Counted from the first letter of the stretch, positions 1 through 9,988 are shown. The stretch is 64,000 bases of DNA from Thermodesulfovibrionales bacterium (GCA_044450345.1 JBIOIY010000001.1:64001-128000); one strand, 5' to 3'. Notes: generated from the letters alone by a model not told the origin. Translations and numbers: made by a program.

Positions 1-190
1 AAGGCTGGGTCCGGAAGGTCTTGTTGAGTTCCTCCTGCGGGCCCTCGAAACTCACTGACTTCAGGTCGTACCCGAGCGCGGCAGAGGCGTCTTCATATAG
101 CGCCTTTACTTCATCGAAGTTCTCCCAAAGGTCTTTGCCCATACCCACATATTGGGAACCCTGGCCCGGAAATACGAAGGCCGTTTTCAT
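1..190 (-). CDS. fabD: Malonyl-CoA:ACP transacylase, N-terminal part (runs off window)
   Basis: Hand translation from ATG at 190: MKTAFVFPGQGSQYVGMGKDLWENF...ELNKTFRTQP, with the FabD PGQGSQ and TQP motifs. ATGA overlap with the etfA stop. Not in the ORF track. Confidence 0.9.
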   Translation of the reverse strand, partial: MKTAFVFPGQGSQYVGMGKDLWENFDEVKALYEDASAALGYDLKSVSFEGPQEELNKTFRTQP

Positions 191-1374
191 ACTCCCCTCA
201 TCTCTCTTATCTTTTTCGTCAGCATAGGGACGATCTCGAAGATGTCTCCGACGATCCCATAGTTTGCCACAGTGAATATCGGAGCCTCGGGATTTTTGTT
301 TATCGCGACGATGATGTCGGAAGACTGCATCCCTACGAGGTGCTGTACTGCGCCGGATATGCCGCAGGCTATATATAATTTCGGACCGACGGTCTTTCCT
401 GTCTGGCCTATCTGGTGCCTGTAGGGGATCCATCCCTCGTCGACAGCGGCACGCGAGGCCCCGACACAGCCTCCAAGGGCATCGGCAAGTTCATACAATA
501 TCTGAAATCCCTTCTCACCGCCGGCCCCCCTGCCGCCGGCAACGATGATATTCGCCTCCTGGAGGTTCACCGCTACTTCGGATACCTCCTTGACCGTCTC
601 TATCACCCTGGTTCTCGATCTTATATCCCCGGCACCTACCGTGACGATCTCGCCCGTTCTCGATGCGTCGTACTCGCCCCTTTTCATCACCCTCGGCCTG
701 ACCGTCGCCATCTGCGGCCTTGTGTGGGGGCAGAGTATCGTCGCCATGATATTGCCGCCGAAGGCGGGCCTCACCTGGAGAAGGTTTTTCGTCTCCCTGT
801 CAATATCAAGAGCGGTGCAATCAGCCGTGAGACCGGTCCTCAGCCGTGCCGCTACCCGCGGGACAAAAGACCTGCCGATAGGGGTGGCCCCCGCCAACAC
901 GATTTCAGGCTTATGCAGGATGATCAGATCGGAGAGCAATGCCGCATAAGGCTCGTCATTGAAGTTCTTCACTATCTCTTCGGAGCAATAATATACGTGA
1001 TCTGCGCCCCACTTTATCAGTTCATCCGGGCCGGTTTCCGAGGGCCCGAAGAGGACAGCGGAGACCTTTGTGCCGAGCATACCGGCAAGCCTTCTGCCTG
1101 CGCCGAGGAGTTCGAAAGAAACCGCGGCGATGACACCTTCACGCTGTTCGGCGAAGACCCACACACCGCTCCCCTGGCTTTTCTCTTTTTTGTCATACTC
1201 GTCTTCGACCTCTTTGATCGCACCTTCCGGACATACGCTCAAACAAGCTCTGCAGAGCTGGCAGAGTTCGGTGATCCCGGCCTTTCCGTCCTTTATGACG
1301 ATCGCGTCATAGGGACATGAGGAAATGCACGTCTCGCATCCCGTACACTTATCTTTCGTTACCTCTATAAACAT
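187..1374 (-). CDS. etfA: Electron transfer flavoprotein alpha subunit with N-terminal 2x[4Fe-4S] ferredoxin domain
   Basis: CTGCETCISSCP and CQLCRACLSVCP at the N-terminus; RPAFGG, QIGQTGK and GISGAVQH FAD motifs. Confidence 0.95.
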   Translation of the reverse strand: MFIEVTKDKCTGCETCISSCPYDAIVIKDGKAGITELCQLCRACLSVCPEGAIKEVEDEYDKKEKSQGSGVWVFAEQREGVIAAVSFELLGAGRRLAGMLGTKVSAVLFGPSETGPDELIKWGADHVYYCSEEIVKNFNDEPYAALLSDLIILHKPEIVLAGATPIGRSFVPRVAARLRTGLTADCTALDIDRETKNLLQVRPAFGGNIMATILCPHTRPQMATVRPRVMKRGEYDASRTGEIVTVGAGDIRSRTRVIETVKEVSEVAVNLQEANIIVAGGRGAGGEKGFQILYELADALGGCVGASRAAVDEGWIPYRHQIGQTGKTVGPKLYIACGISGAVQHLVGMQSSDIIVAINKNPEAPIFTVANYGIVGDIFEIVPMLTKKIREMRGV

Positions 1375-2147
1375 TTCAGCCCCACGAGTTCCTTAACGAT
1401 CGAATCGATTTTTTCCTGGGCCGTGCCCTCGACCATCTTCCGGTCTTTCTTTGCATCCGGCGCAAAGATGTTCCTCACCTGTGTCGGAGACCCCTTCAGT
1501 CCGAGCTTGTCCTCTTCTGCCTTGATGTCGGCAGCGGACAATTTCTTTATCTCGGCCTTCTTGGCGGCCATCTTGCCCTTCAACGAAGGCATCCTCGGCA
1601 CGTTCAGCTCCCTCACTACCGTGAGCAGCACCGGAAGAGAGGATTCTATCACGTCGAAGCCGTCATCCATCAGCCTCTGGACAACGATCCTGCCGCTCTG
1701 TACGTCGTCGATCTTCCTGATATAGGCGACATGCGGTATATCAAGGAATTCCGCGATCTCGGGCCCGACCTGCGCCGTATCTCCGTCTATCGCCTGTTTG
1801 CCGCAGAGTATGACATCGGCGCCGAGGTATTCGATCGCCTTCGAAAGGGCATAGGCGGTCGCCCACGTATCGGACCCGGCAAAGGCCCTGTCGGTAAGAA
1901 GCACCGCGTTATCGACACCCATCGATATCGCCTCGCGAAGGGCGGTCTCTGCCTGGGGCGGACCCATCGTGACCACCGTCACCGTCCCCCCGACCTTTTC
2001 CCTGATCTGAAGACCTGCCTCTATCGCATGCATGTCGTAAGGGTTTATTATGCTTTGCACGCCGTCCCTGATAAGCGTGTTCGTTTCAGGGTTGATCCTC
2101 ACCTCGGCGGTGTCAGGGACCTGTTTTACACATACGACTATCTTCAC
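1365..2147 (-). CDS. etfB: Electron transfer flavoprotein beta subunit
   Basis: MKIVVCVKQVPD, INPYD, AGSDTWAT and GKQAIDGDTAQVGP motifs. Confidence 0.95.
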   Translation of the reverse strand: MKIVVCVKQVPDTAEVRINPETNTLIRDGVQSIINPYDMHAIEAGLQIREKVGGTVTVVTMGPPQAETALREAISMGVDNAVLLTDRAFAGSDTWATAYALSKAIEYLGADVILCGKQAIDGDTAQVGPEIAEFLDIPHVAYIRKIDDVQSGRIVVQRLMDDGFDVIESSLPVLLTVVRELNVPRMPSLKGKMAAKKAEIKKLSAADIKAEEDKLGLKGSPTQVRNIFAPDAKKDRKMVEGTAQEKIDSIVKELVGLKCL

Positions 2148-2180
2148 GGATTTTTCCTCCAGAATTATTGAAACGCCTCT

Positions 2181-2189
2181 ATTATATCA
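2181..2189 (-). promoter_or_regulatory. Extended -10 promoter element (TGnTATAAT) for etfB
   Basis: Minus strand reads TGATATAAT ~35 nt upstream of the etfB start; GGAGG SD at 2156-2160. Confidence 0.45.
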
Positions 2190-2261
2190 GACGGGAACAA
2201 ACTCTTAGCAATAGCATATGGGCAGATGCATACATACAAACCGACTGTTAAAAACCGTCAA

Positions 2262-3419
2262 TTATTTGTTTCTTGCGGCCTCTTTGATTAGCGCCTGCCC
2301 GATCACATTCCTCTGTATCTGGTTAGTCCCTTCGTAGATCTGAAGGATCTTCGCGTCCCTCATCATCTTCTCCACAGGATATTCCTTCATATAACCGGAC
2401 CCCCCCATCACCTGGACAGCGTCGACCGTTACTTTCATCGCCACGTCTGTCGCAAAGACCTTCGACATTGCAGACTCCTTGGAGACGTCCTTGGCGCCGC
2501 TGTCAACCAACCTGGCGACAGCGTACACGAGCGCACGTGCGGCCTCGATCGACGTCGCCATGTCGGCAAGCATATGCTGCACCGCCTGGAACGTGATGAC
2601 CGGATGGCCGAACTGTATCCTCTGCCGCGCAAATTTGACCGCCTCCTCGAAGGCGCCCTGAGCGACACCTACTCCCTGCGCACCCACGCCGGTCCTCGAA
2701 TTATCGAGGGTCTTCATCGCAACGACAAAACCAGCGCCTTCCTTGCCGATGAGGTTGTCCTTCGGTATGCGGCAATTATCGAAGATAAGTTCCGTAGTGC
2801 TCGAGGCCCTTATTCCCATCTTGTTCTCTTTCTTGCCGAATGAGAAGCCGGGTGTGCCTTTTTCCACGACAAAGGCAGATGCTCCCCGCGGCCCTTTCGA
2901 GCGGTCTGTTATCGCGATGATTGTATATATCTCGGCCTCTCCGCCGTTCGTGATCCACTGCTTAGTGCCGTTTAAGACATATTCGTTTCCTTCAGGACGC
3001 GCGGTCGTCTGTATTCCGCTTGCGTCGCTTCCCGCGTTCGCCTCCGTCAGACCGAAGGCGACGAGTCTCTTCCCGGCTGCTATGTCCGGCAAAAACTTCT
3101 TTTTCTGCCCATCGCTGCCGAATAGGAGGATGGGATATGTTCCCAGGGCATTCGCTGCGTACGTAGTCGATACCCCGAGGCATGCCCGCGATAATTCCTC
3201 GACCGCGATCGAGAGCTCCAGGCACCCCTTACCCAAACCGCCGAATTCCTCCGGTATAAAAAGGCCGAAAAGGTCGGATTGGGCCAACGTCTTCATAACA
3301 TCCCAGGGAAATTGCCCTGTTTCATCGAGCTCGGCCCTGACAGGCACGATCTTCTCTTCGGCGATCTGCCGCGCAAGGTCTCTTATCATAATCTGTTCTT
3401 CGTTGAAAAAATAATCCAT
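2262..3419 (-). CDS. Acyl-CoA dehydrogenase (butyryl-CoA dehydrogenase-like)
   Basis: FGLTEANAGSDA, LNGTKQWITNG and QIYEGTNQIQR motifs. Confidence 0.93.
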   Translation of the reverse strand: MDYFFNEEQIMIRDLARQIAEEKIVPVRAELDETGQFPWDVMKTLAQSDLFGLFIPEEFGGLGKGCLELSIAVEELSRACLGVSTTYAANALGTYPILLFGSDGQKKKFLPDIAAGKRLVAFGLTEANAGSDASGIQTTARPEGNEYVLNGTKQWITNGGEAEIYTIIAITDRSKGPRGASAFVVEKGTPGFSFGKKENKMGIRASSTTELIFDNCRIPKDNLIGKEGAGFVVAMKTLDNSRTGVGAQGVGVAQGAFEEAVKFARQRIQFGHPVITFQAVQHMLADMATSIEAARALVYAVARLVDSGAKDVSKESAMSKVFATDVAMKVTVDAVQVMGGSGYMKEYPVEKMMRDAKILQIYEGTNQIQRNVIGQALIKEAARNK

Positions 3420-3569
3420 CGTTACCTCCAGAGTTTCGCTCGACCAACAAAATAAAGATGTTCCGAATCATACAATAGCCAAACAACTGATAATTCTACC
3501 AGAATTAACGTATATTTTGGAAGGAAAGAATCAGGACATCGTATCGCTTCAGTCACGGATGAAAATAAG

Positions 3570-3730
3570 CAGCAGTAAGAAGGGTTCCCGACCTACCTGC
3601 CGGCAGGCAGGCGCGTTTCGCTTGCGGGAATGACAGAAAAAATCTCTTGTTCTCAAGGGTTGTCATTCCGGCTTGCCCGTTCGCAGCGACTCTCACCCAA
3701 GACTCGCATCGAGAATCTTTCTTCCTGCTG
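3570..3730. repeat. Composite REP-like palindromic repeat with nested 20-bp palindrome
   Basis: Outer imperfect IR CAGCAGTAAGAAGGGTTC / GAATCTTTCTTCCTGCTG; GCGGGAATGACA and TGTCATTCCGGCTTG units shared with 39254-39313; CCTACCTGCCGGCAGGCAGG at 3592-3611. Confidence 0.75.
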
Positions 3731-3749
3731 ATAATTGCATTTTTTGGAG

Positions 3750-4595
3750 TTAATGTCTGCTCAGTTGCTCCTTCGATGCGGTCACTGCTTTCAGCCCCGC
3801 TTTCTTAGCGGCCTTTCTCTTCCTCCCTAAGGTCTTGTAAAGGTCGAAGGCCTTCTGAGGCGAGGCGTTCTCATGAACAACCGCCCGGACAGCCTGTATC
3901 ATGGCAACAGGGTCATCGGCCTGGAAGATGTTCCTTCCCATGTCTACACCCGCCGCCCCCCTTTTGATTGCATTATGTGAAAGTTCCAGCGCTTCCAGCT
4001 CCGGAAGTTTCTTGCCCCCGGCCATCACGAGAGGGACAGGACACGTCCTTACAAGTTTTTCGAAGCCCTCGCAGTAATAGGTCTTTACAAGGTGGGCGCC
4101 GAGTTCGGCAGCAATACGACAGCAGAGGGCAAGATAACGGGCGTCCCTCGCCATGTCCTTGCCGACCGCCGTCACCGCAAGAACGGGGATACCGTAGCGA
4201 TGTCCTTCGTCTATCAGCTTCGTCAAATTGAGAAGCGTCTGCTTTTCGTTGGGCGAACCCACATAGATGGACAGGGCCACCGCAGAGACATTAAGCCTGA
4301 CCGCATCATCCATCGCCACTGTTATCCCCTCGTTTGAGAGTTCGCCCAAGATACTGTTGCCGCCTGAGACCCTCAGAACGATCGGCGTTTCAGTAGATGC
4401 ATCTACCGAGGTGCGGAGCACCCCTCTTGTGGGCATAAGCGCATCGGCGTAAGGCAAAAGAGGTTTGATCGTTTTGGCCGCATCTTCGAGCCCCGACGTC
4501 GGTCCAAGAAAATATCCATGGTCGACCGCAAGCATCACTGTCCTGCCGTCGGGCTTGATTATTCTTGAAAGACGGTTCTTGATTCCCCAATCCAT
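3750..4595 (-). CDS. lsrF: LsrF-like class I aldolase-fold thiolase
   Basis: [25 protein letters not shown], catalytic VKTYY, AGGKK and [10 protein letters not shown]. Confidence 0.85.
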   Translation of the reverse strand: MDWGIKNRLSRIIKPDGRTVMLAVDHGYFLGPTSGLEDAAKTIKPLLPYADALMPTRGVLRTSVDASTETPIVLRVSGGNSILGELSNEGITVAMDDAVRLNVSAVALSIYVGSPNEKQTLLNLTKLIDEGHRYGIPVLAVTAVGKDMARDARYLALCCRIAAELGAHLVKTYYCEGFEKLVRTCPVPLVMAGGKKLPELEALELSHNAIKRGAAGVDMGRNIFQADDPVAMIQAVRAVVHENASPQKAFDLYKTLGRKRKAAKKAGLKAVTASKEQLSRH

Positions 4596-4622
4596 AATAT
4601 ACCTCCTGATATTTTTTCCACG

Positions 4623-5645
4623 CTATGGCGTGATGATTACCTTAAGAGATTCCCCTGCCGTCTCGACGAGACGAAACCCCTCGGCCGTGCCGTTGAGGGG
4701 AAGCCTGTGCGTTATCATATCGGGCACGTTCACCTTTCCCTGCCTTATGAATTCCATAGATATCATATGCTCATTGTAGTTCGCGGCGTAGGACGAGGTG
4801 AGCGTTATTTCATTGCGCCAGAAGAGGTCGTTAACCGGAAGGGGGACCGACACCCCCTTATTGGCGGGCGCAAAAAAAAGGATTGTGCCGCCCCTGTCCA
4901 CGGACTGAAATGCCTGGATAATTGCCTTTTCCGCACCGGTGGTAAGTACGACGATATCGGCAGGTCTGCCCTTATTAATTCTTCTAAAAGTCCCCGGCAC
5001 GTCTCCTCCCGCATCGATCACCTCATCGGCGCCGAATCTTCCGGCAGCACTTAGTCTGTACTTATTGACGTCCGTCGCTACGACCAGCGAGGCCCCGAGT
5101 GCCCGCGCGAGCTGGACGTGCAAAAGTCCGGAGATACCGCTCCCTATGACCAGAACACTTTTATAGCTTCCCGTTCCCGCAATCCTCTGTCCGCGGTAGA
5201 CGCAGGCCAATGGCTCTATAAAAGTCGCCTCTTCAAAGGACATACCTTCCGGAAGCTTATAGACTCCCCTGTCCACGTTGATGGACGGCAGCCTGACATA
5301 TTCACTGAAACCTCCCGGGTAAAAATTCGTGCTCCTCAGGGTATCACAGACCGTCTCGTGCCCCTCCCGGCAGTAATGACAGGTATTGCAGGGCACGTGA
5401 TGGGAGGCGCTGACCCTGTCGCCCGCCTCAAAAACAGTCACTCCCTCGCCCACAGCGGCAACCTCGCCCCCGATCTCGTGGCCGAGTACAACGGGACCCC
5501 TGCCCTGCCTGTACCAGTGCATCACGTCGCTTCCGCATATCCCGCTCGCCCTGATGCGGATGACCATCTCACCGGGGCCGGCGTCAGGAACAGGTATCTC
5601 CTCGATCCTTATGTCTCCGGCACCATAGTATCTTGCAACCTTCAT
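4623..5645 (-). CDS. Zinc-dependent medium-chain alcohol/polyol dehydrogenase
   Basis: CGSD...GHE catalytic Zn; CNTCHYCREGHETVC structural Zn; GSGISG Rossmann motif. Confidence 0.9.
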   Translation of the reverse strand: MKVARYYGAGDIRIEEIPVPDAGPGEMVIRIRASGICGSDVMHWYRQGRGPVVLGHEIGGEVAAVGEGVTVFEAGDRVSASHHVPCNTCHYCREGHETVCDTLRSTNFYPGGFSEYVRLPSINVDRGVYKLPEGMSFEEATFIEPLACVYRGQRIAGTGSYKSVLVIGSGISGLLHVQLARALGASLVVATDVNKYRLSAAGRFGADEVIDAGGDVPGTFRRINKGRPADIVVLTTGAEKAIIQAFQSVDRGGTILFFAPANKGVSVPLPVNDLFWRNEITLTSSYAANYNEHMISMEFIRQGKVNVPDMITHRLPLNGTAEGFRLVETAGESLKVIITP

Positions 5646-5666
5646 GATCGGCCCTTTATTGACCTT

Positions 5667-7007
5667 TCACGCGCTTATGTCCGCACCGCAGATTATAAGA
5701 CTCGGGGCGCCTATATTTCCGAAGAACCTGAGGTCGTCTCCGACAGCCTCTATCTTGCCGAACAATTCGAGGATATTGCCCGAGAGGACAGCCTCTTTCA
5801 CAGGGAATGCGAGTTCTCCGCTTTCGATCCACAGACCGGTTACTCCAACGGAGAAGTCACCCGAAATGGGATTTGCCGTATGGACGCCCATCGCATCGGT
5901 CACATAAAGACCCCTGCCGATCTCGGCAAATAACCTCTCCTTCGGAACGACAGAAGTCCCCGAAACCGGTTCCAGAAAGAGATTCGAAACGCCGACAGAC
6001 GGCAGTGTCGAGAACCCTCCCCTCGCCGCATTCCCCGTTGAAACCGCACGGGCCTTGCGCGCGGTATACGTGTTGTAGAGATACGCCTTCAGGACCCCTT
6101 CATGGATTACAGTCTTCTCCTGCGAGGGGACCCCCTCATCATCCACAGGGCTGCTCCCCAATCTCCCGTTGAGAAGGCCGCTGTCGACCAGGTTTATCCC
6201 GGCGCTGATGACCCTACTGCCGAGCCTGCCCGCTAGGAGAGACTTGCCTTTCTGGACCGCCTCAGCAGAAAGAGACGAAGCAAATATTCCGAGAAATTCG
6301 GCCGTCACGGCGTTGTCTATTATCACATTGCCCTTCGTTCCCGCCATCTTTCTGGAACCCAGCAGCAATGCAGCCCTCCGGGCGGCCCCCATCCCTACAC
6401 CGTCGAATGAAATGTCTTTCAGAAAACAGCCCGCATCATAATCCCAGCCGACCTGACTTTCCCCGTTTTCCTCTGCAATCGCCATAACCTGCGCGCTGCA
6501 GGCAGTGGATTCATAGTACACTTTCACACCTTTGGAGTTCACTATCACCGTCCCGGAAGACGTAAATGAGCCTGAAGCCTTTCTCACCTTCTTGATACGA
6601 CGGTCCGCCCCGTACACAGACCTTTCCATGAGCATGACCGCTTTGATGGCCTCTCCCTCGTCCGTTGCCTGCAACTGCGGGTCCAGGACAGACACTGCAG
6701 CAGGCAGACCGGCCTCCGGAAGATCGAGAAAATTATCGGGATCGGAAAATCGTGCCGCATCGATGGCCTTCGTGATGATGGAATCCCTGTCGCCGGCAGC
6801 AGTCGCATAGGAAAAGCCGAGACGACCGTCCTTGATCACACGGAGTGAATACCCGATGCTCGCTGAAGATTTGAGAGAATCGACCGCCTGTTCCTTGATC
6901 TCGACGGACAGGCTTTTTGAAGACCTCATAAAGACCTCGGCCTGGTCCGCGCCGCTTTTTATCGCTTTCGAGACAACTTCCTCGGCAAAACCACGGTCAA
7001 TCTTCAT
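5667..7007 (-). CDS. TldD/PmbA family protein (PmbA-like)
   Basis: DDEGVP, STGNA, NPISGDFS and C-terminal APSLI; no HExxxH motif. Confidence 0.9.
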   Translation of the reverse strand: MKIDRGFAEEVVSKAIKSGADQAEVFMRSSKSLSVEIKEQAVDSLKSSASIGYSLRVIKDGRLGFSYATAAGDRDSIITKAIDAARFSDPDNFLDLPEAGLPAAVSVLDPQLQATDEGEAIKAVMLMERSVYGADRRIKKVRKASGSFTSSGTVIVNSKGVKVYYESTACSAQVMAIAEENGESQVGWDYDAGCFLKDISFDGVGMGAARRAALLLGSRKMAGTKGNVIIDNAVTAEFLGIFASSLSAEAVQKGKSLLAGRLGSRVISAGINLVDSGLLNGRLGSSPVDDEGVPSQEKTVIHEGVLKAYLYNTYTARKARAVSTGNAARGGFSTLPSVGVSNLFLEPVSGTSVVPKERLFAEIGRGLYVTDAMGVHTANPISGDFSVGVTGLWIESGELAFPVKEAVLSGNILELFGKIEAVGDDLRFFGNIGAPSLIICGADISA

Positions 7008-7368
7008 AATATGACGCTGATGCGTTTTCCGATTCCCATACCGTCACTGCTGCGGTCCGCAGGTTCCCGTTGTTGATCTTCTTCTTCAGCGAGTCGAATA
7101 TCCATTTCGCGATATTCTCCGATGAGGGGTTCTTTTCTGTAAAAGGAAAGACATCGTTCAGGAAGGCGTGGTCCAGAGGCGCAACAATCTCCTGCGCGAT
7201 CTTCTTCAGATCGTGAAAGTCTATCGCAATATCTATCTCGTTCAGCCTTTCGGCCAAAACGCTGATCTGCACCCGCCAATTATGGCCGTGCAGATTTTCG
7301 CACTTGCCTTTATACCCCCGCAGCTGATGCGCGGCAGCAAACCCAACTTCTATGGATAATTCATACAT
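6997..7368 (-). CDS. queD: 6-carboxytetrahydropterin synthase
   Basis: FAAAHQL, CENLHGHNW, LDHAFLN, NPSSENIA and VWES. Confidence 0.95.
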   Translation of the reverse strand: MYELSIEVGFAAAHQLRGYKGKCENLHGHNWRVQISVLAERLNEIDIAIDFHDLKKIAQEIVAPLDHAFLNDVFPFTEKNPSSENIAKWIFDSLKKKINNGNLRTAAVTVWESENASASYYED

Positions 7369-7383
7369 GCGTGTACCTCCGGA

Positions 7384-7905
7384 CTAAGTCGTCTTTTTAA
7401 AAGTGGATATATAGGGCAGGTTTCTGAATTTGTTGTCGTAGTCGAGGCCGTATCCCACCACAAATTCATTGGGTATCGAGAAACCGATGTAATCGAGCGG
7501 TATCTGGACTTCCCTCCTTCCGGCCTTGTCCAGGAACGTGCATATCCTGAGGCTCCTCGGACCTTTCATGAGTATCCGCTCCCTGATACAATTCAGCGTT
7601 ATGCCGGTGTCTACAATGTCCTCCACGAGAAGTATGTCCTTATCGGCGATCTCTTCCCTGATGTCATAATGCAATTTTACGTCACCCGTTGAGTCGCCCC
7701 TAAGATAACTCGATGCTATCAGAAAATCGACCATCAGCGGCGTTCTGATCATTCTTACGAGGTCGCTGAAAAAAACGAATGCCCCTTTCAGTATCCCGAC
7801 GGCAAGCAGGTTCTTTCCCTCGTAGTCATCAGAAATAACATCCGCAAGTTCCTTCACCTTTCTTTGTATCTGTTCTACGGTCAAAAAAGGCCTGCCGACT
7901 ACCAT
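7384..7905 (-). CDS. hpt: Hypoxanthine phosphoribosyltransferase
   Basis: ILKGAFVFFSDL, LLVEDIVDTGITL and FVVGYGLDY. Confidence 0.95.
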   Translation of the reverse strand: MVVGRPFLTVEQIQRKVKELADVISDDYEGKNLLAVGILKGAFVFFSDLVRMIRTPLMVDFLIASSYLRGDSTGDVKLHYDIREEIADKDILLVEDIVDTGITLNCIRERILMKGPRSLRICTFLDKAGRREVQIPLDYIGFSIPNEFVVGYGLDYDNKFRNLPYISTFKKTT

Positions 7906-8046
7906 TCACTCCTCCTCGAAAAGAATACGATTATATTAACCCATCCGCGGCAAGAAAGCATAGCCGATAATCTCCGAAAATGTGTTGCATTGTTGCATAC
8001 CTCTTATATTCTATGCTACCATTACCAAACGATCAAGGAGGTCATT

Positions 8047-8421
8047 ATGGAAAACAAGAAATTCGTTTTTATCCTTAACCACTCTTTCGATCAGCCGGAC
8101 CATGCGGCGGCCGCACTGCAATTGGCGGCGAATATGAAGGCGTTCGATGTCGAGCTCGATTTCTTTCTGATCAACGAAGGCGTCATGCTCGCAAAAAAAG
8201 GCTTTGCAGAAACGATAACAGGACAGAAGAAGAACGCCTTCTCTCCTATATACCAGCTGATGAAGACACTTACCGAAGATTTTGGCGTCAAATTCTACGT
8301 CTGTGCATCCTGCGTAAAGGCATACGAGCTTGAAGGGGCGGAACTCATACCGAACACAGAGATCAAGCCCGGATCTTTTCTGGGGGAACTCCTGATGGAA
8401 AGGCAGAACGTAAGTTTCTGA
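8047..8421 (+). CDS. DsrE/DsrF-like family protein
   Basis: AAGGAGG SD then MENKKFVFIL; FFLINEGVMLAKKG and FYVCASC. Start moved from the track's 7864 to the ATG at 8047. Confidence 0.8.
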   Translation: MENKKFVFILNHSFDQPDHAAAALQLAANMKAFDVELDFFLINEGVMLAKKGFAETITGQKKNAFSPIYQLMKTLTEDFGVKFYVCASCVKAYELEGAELIPNTEIKPGSFLGELLMERQNVSF

Positions 8422-8461
8422 ACGCCGCATGGCACTGCCGATCACAAAGGCCATAATGGAG

Positions 8462-8492
8462 AGACAGGCCGGGTTAATAACCCGGCCTGTCT
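8462..8492. terminator. Hairpin between convergent genes, likely bidirectional terminator
   Basis: AGACAGGCCGGGTTA-A-TAACCCGGCCTGTCT perfect IR between the DsrE gene and nrfA; weak U tracts. Confidence 0.65.
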
Positions 8493-8500
8493 TGTAAGAA

Positions 8501-9988
8501 CTATTTGGTTTGTTTCACTGTCAACAACTTATCCTGAACGCCAAAAGGGTCCTTGAATTCAACATCAGGACTAAATTTAAGTTTCTTCTTTCCCCTTTCA
8601 TCAAGATATTTGTTTAATTCGAGGTTTACCATAATCGGCACATCCACTCCTGCCTTGGCAAGTGCCTGCCTCAACAGCCCTTCTGCCTTGCCTGCAAAGG
8701 CTGTAGCGTCACCCAAGACCCTACCGGCCTCAGTAGGGTTATGAAACCCGACGGAGTTTTCAGCACCGACATAGACGACCCGGTAGAATGCTTCTTCATA
8801 GAAGTCCTTTGCCTTATCATAGAGCGCCTTATCGATATTTTTGCCTTCGGATTGCGCCTTGTGCGCAATCTCGAAAAGTTTAGCGACTGATGCGGTAGCA
8901 TACCCAGATCTCAGCATGAGTGATACTGTTCTGTCCTGGATTGTGGTGACCTGGTCCTTTAGCCATTCCGGGCTTTCTGTATGGCACTGCATGCATGCCC
9001 TCATGTCGTTTTTCAAAGGGCTCATAACCCGGTGGTCAGATACCTTATAGACGCCGACCTTTGTGTACGGCATATGGCAGTCCGCACAGGCGGCACCGGC
9101 CTTCCAGTGGACACTGTTGTTGGAGAAGAGCTCGAATTCGGGATGACGAATAAAGGCCATTTTAAAACCGGTTACCGTCTGTTTCCATTCTCCATAGGAG
9201 GGATCGCTGCGGAGTTTCTTAATAATATTTTCTATCGTGATGTTGCCCCACTTGCTCCCCTGCCATGGGAAGTACAGGCCCTTTGAGTGCATCTCCTCAT
9301 CCTTGGGAATACTGTAGGTTACATGACATTGGGCGCAGATAACGCTCCTCATTTCCTGACGGGTAAGTTTTGAAGAATCGACACCCATGTCCTTAAGGGC
9401 CGCCATTAGGGTGAAGCCCCTCGATATTTTAAGAGACATATCCTTGTTGTCATGGCAGTCAATGCAGGCAACTCCAAGTGTTCTGAATTTTTCGGGTACA
9501 TGAGAGAGGACTTCGTCGTAAGGTTTTTTGTAGTAATCAATCGCCATCTCTTTCTCGAGTTTCGGCGCAAAGGGGGTCTTGCATGAAAGGCAGACACCTC
9601 CTGCCTTCACCCTCGAAGGATCCACTTCAAGCTGATCGCGGAGCATCCTGGCGTGCCCCTTCGGCTCATTATATTCGATGCCAAACCCCCAGCCGCTAAA
9701 TAGCAAGGCCATGTACGGGAACTCCGACAGCTTATCGTAAGATATTCTGTCGGCGTCGAACCCTCTTTTGTATTTACTTTTTCCGGCTGGTTCCGGTTGC
9801 TCCGTTTTTTTCCATAACTCAAATTCCGGCGGGTACGCCTTGCCCCACTGCTCAGGATCAACTTCACCATCAGAGATTTTCACCGGTTTGACCTGTTCGG
9901 TCTTGGTCGGAGGGCAACCATACATAAATAATAACGCTATGCCTGCAATAATCACGGTGACGAACGTCACATGTTTTTCTTTTTTCAT
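8501..9988 (-). CDS. nrfA: Ammonia-forming cytochrome c nitrite reductase catalytic subunit
   Basis: Active-site CLSCK plus CIDCH, CAQCH, CADCH and CMQCH; RHPEFE and ENSVGFH; lipoprotein-like signal (MYGC). Confidence 0.95.
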   Translation of the reverse strand: MKKEKHVTFVTVIIAGIALLFMYGCPPTKTEQVKPVKISDGEVDPEQWGKAYPPEFELWKKTEQPEPAGKSKYKRGFDADRISYDKLSEFPYMALLFSGWGFGIEYNEPKGHARMLRDQLEVDPSRVKAGGVCLSCKTPFAPKLEKEMAIDYYKKPYDEVLSHVPEKFRTLGVACIDCHDNKDMSLKISRGFTLMAALKDMGVDSSKLTRQEMRSVICAQCHVTYSIPKDEEMHSKGLYFPWQGSKWGNITIENIIKKLRSDPSYGEWKQTVTGFKMAFIRHPEFELFSNNSVHWKAGAACADCHMPYTKVGVYKVSDHRVMSPLKNDMRACMQCHTESPEWLKDQVTTIQDRTVSLMLRSGYATASVAKLFEIAHKAQSEGKNIDKALYDKAKDFYEEAFYRVVYVGAENSVGFHNPTEAGRVLGDATAFAGKAEGLLRQALAKAGVDVPIMVNLELNKYLDERGKKKLKFSPDVEFKDPFGVQDKLLTVKQTK

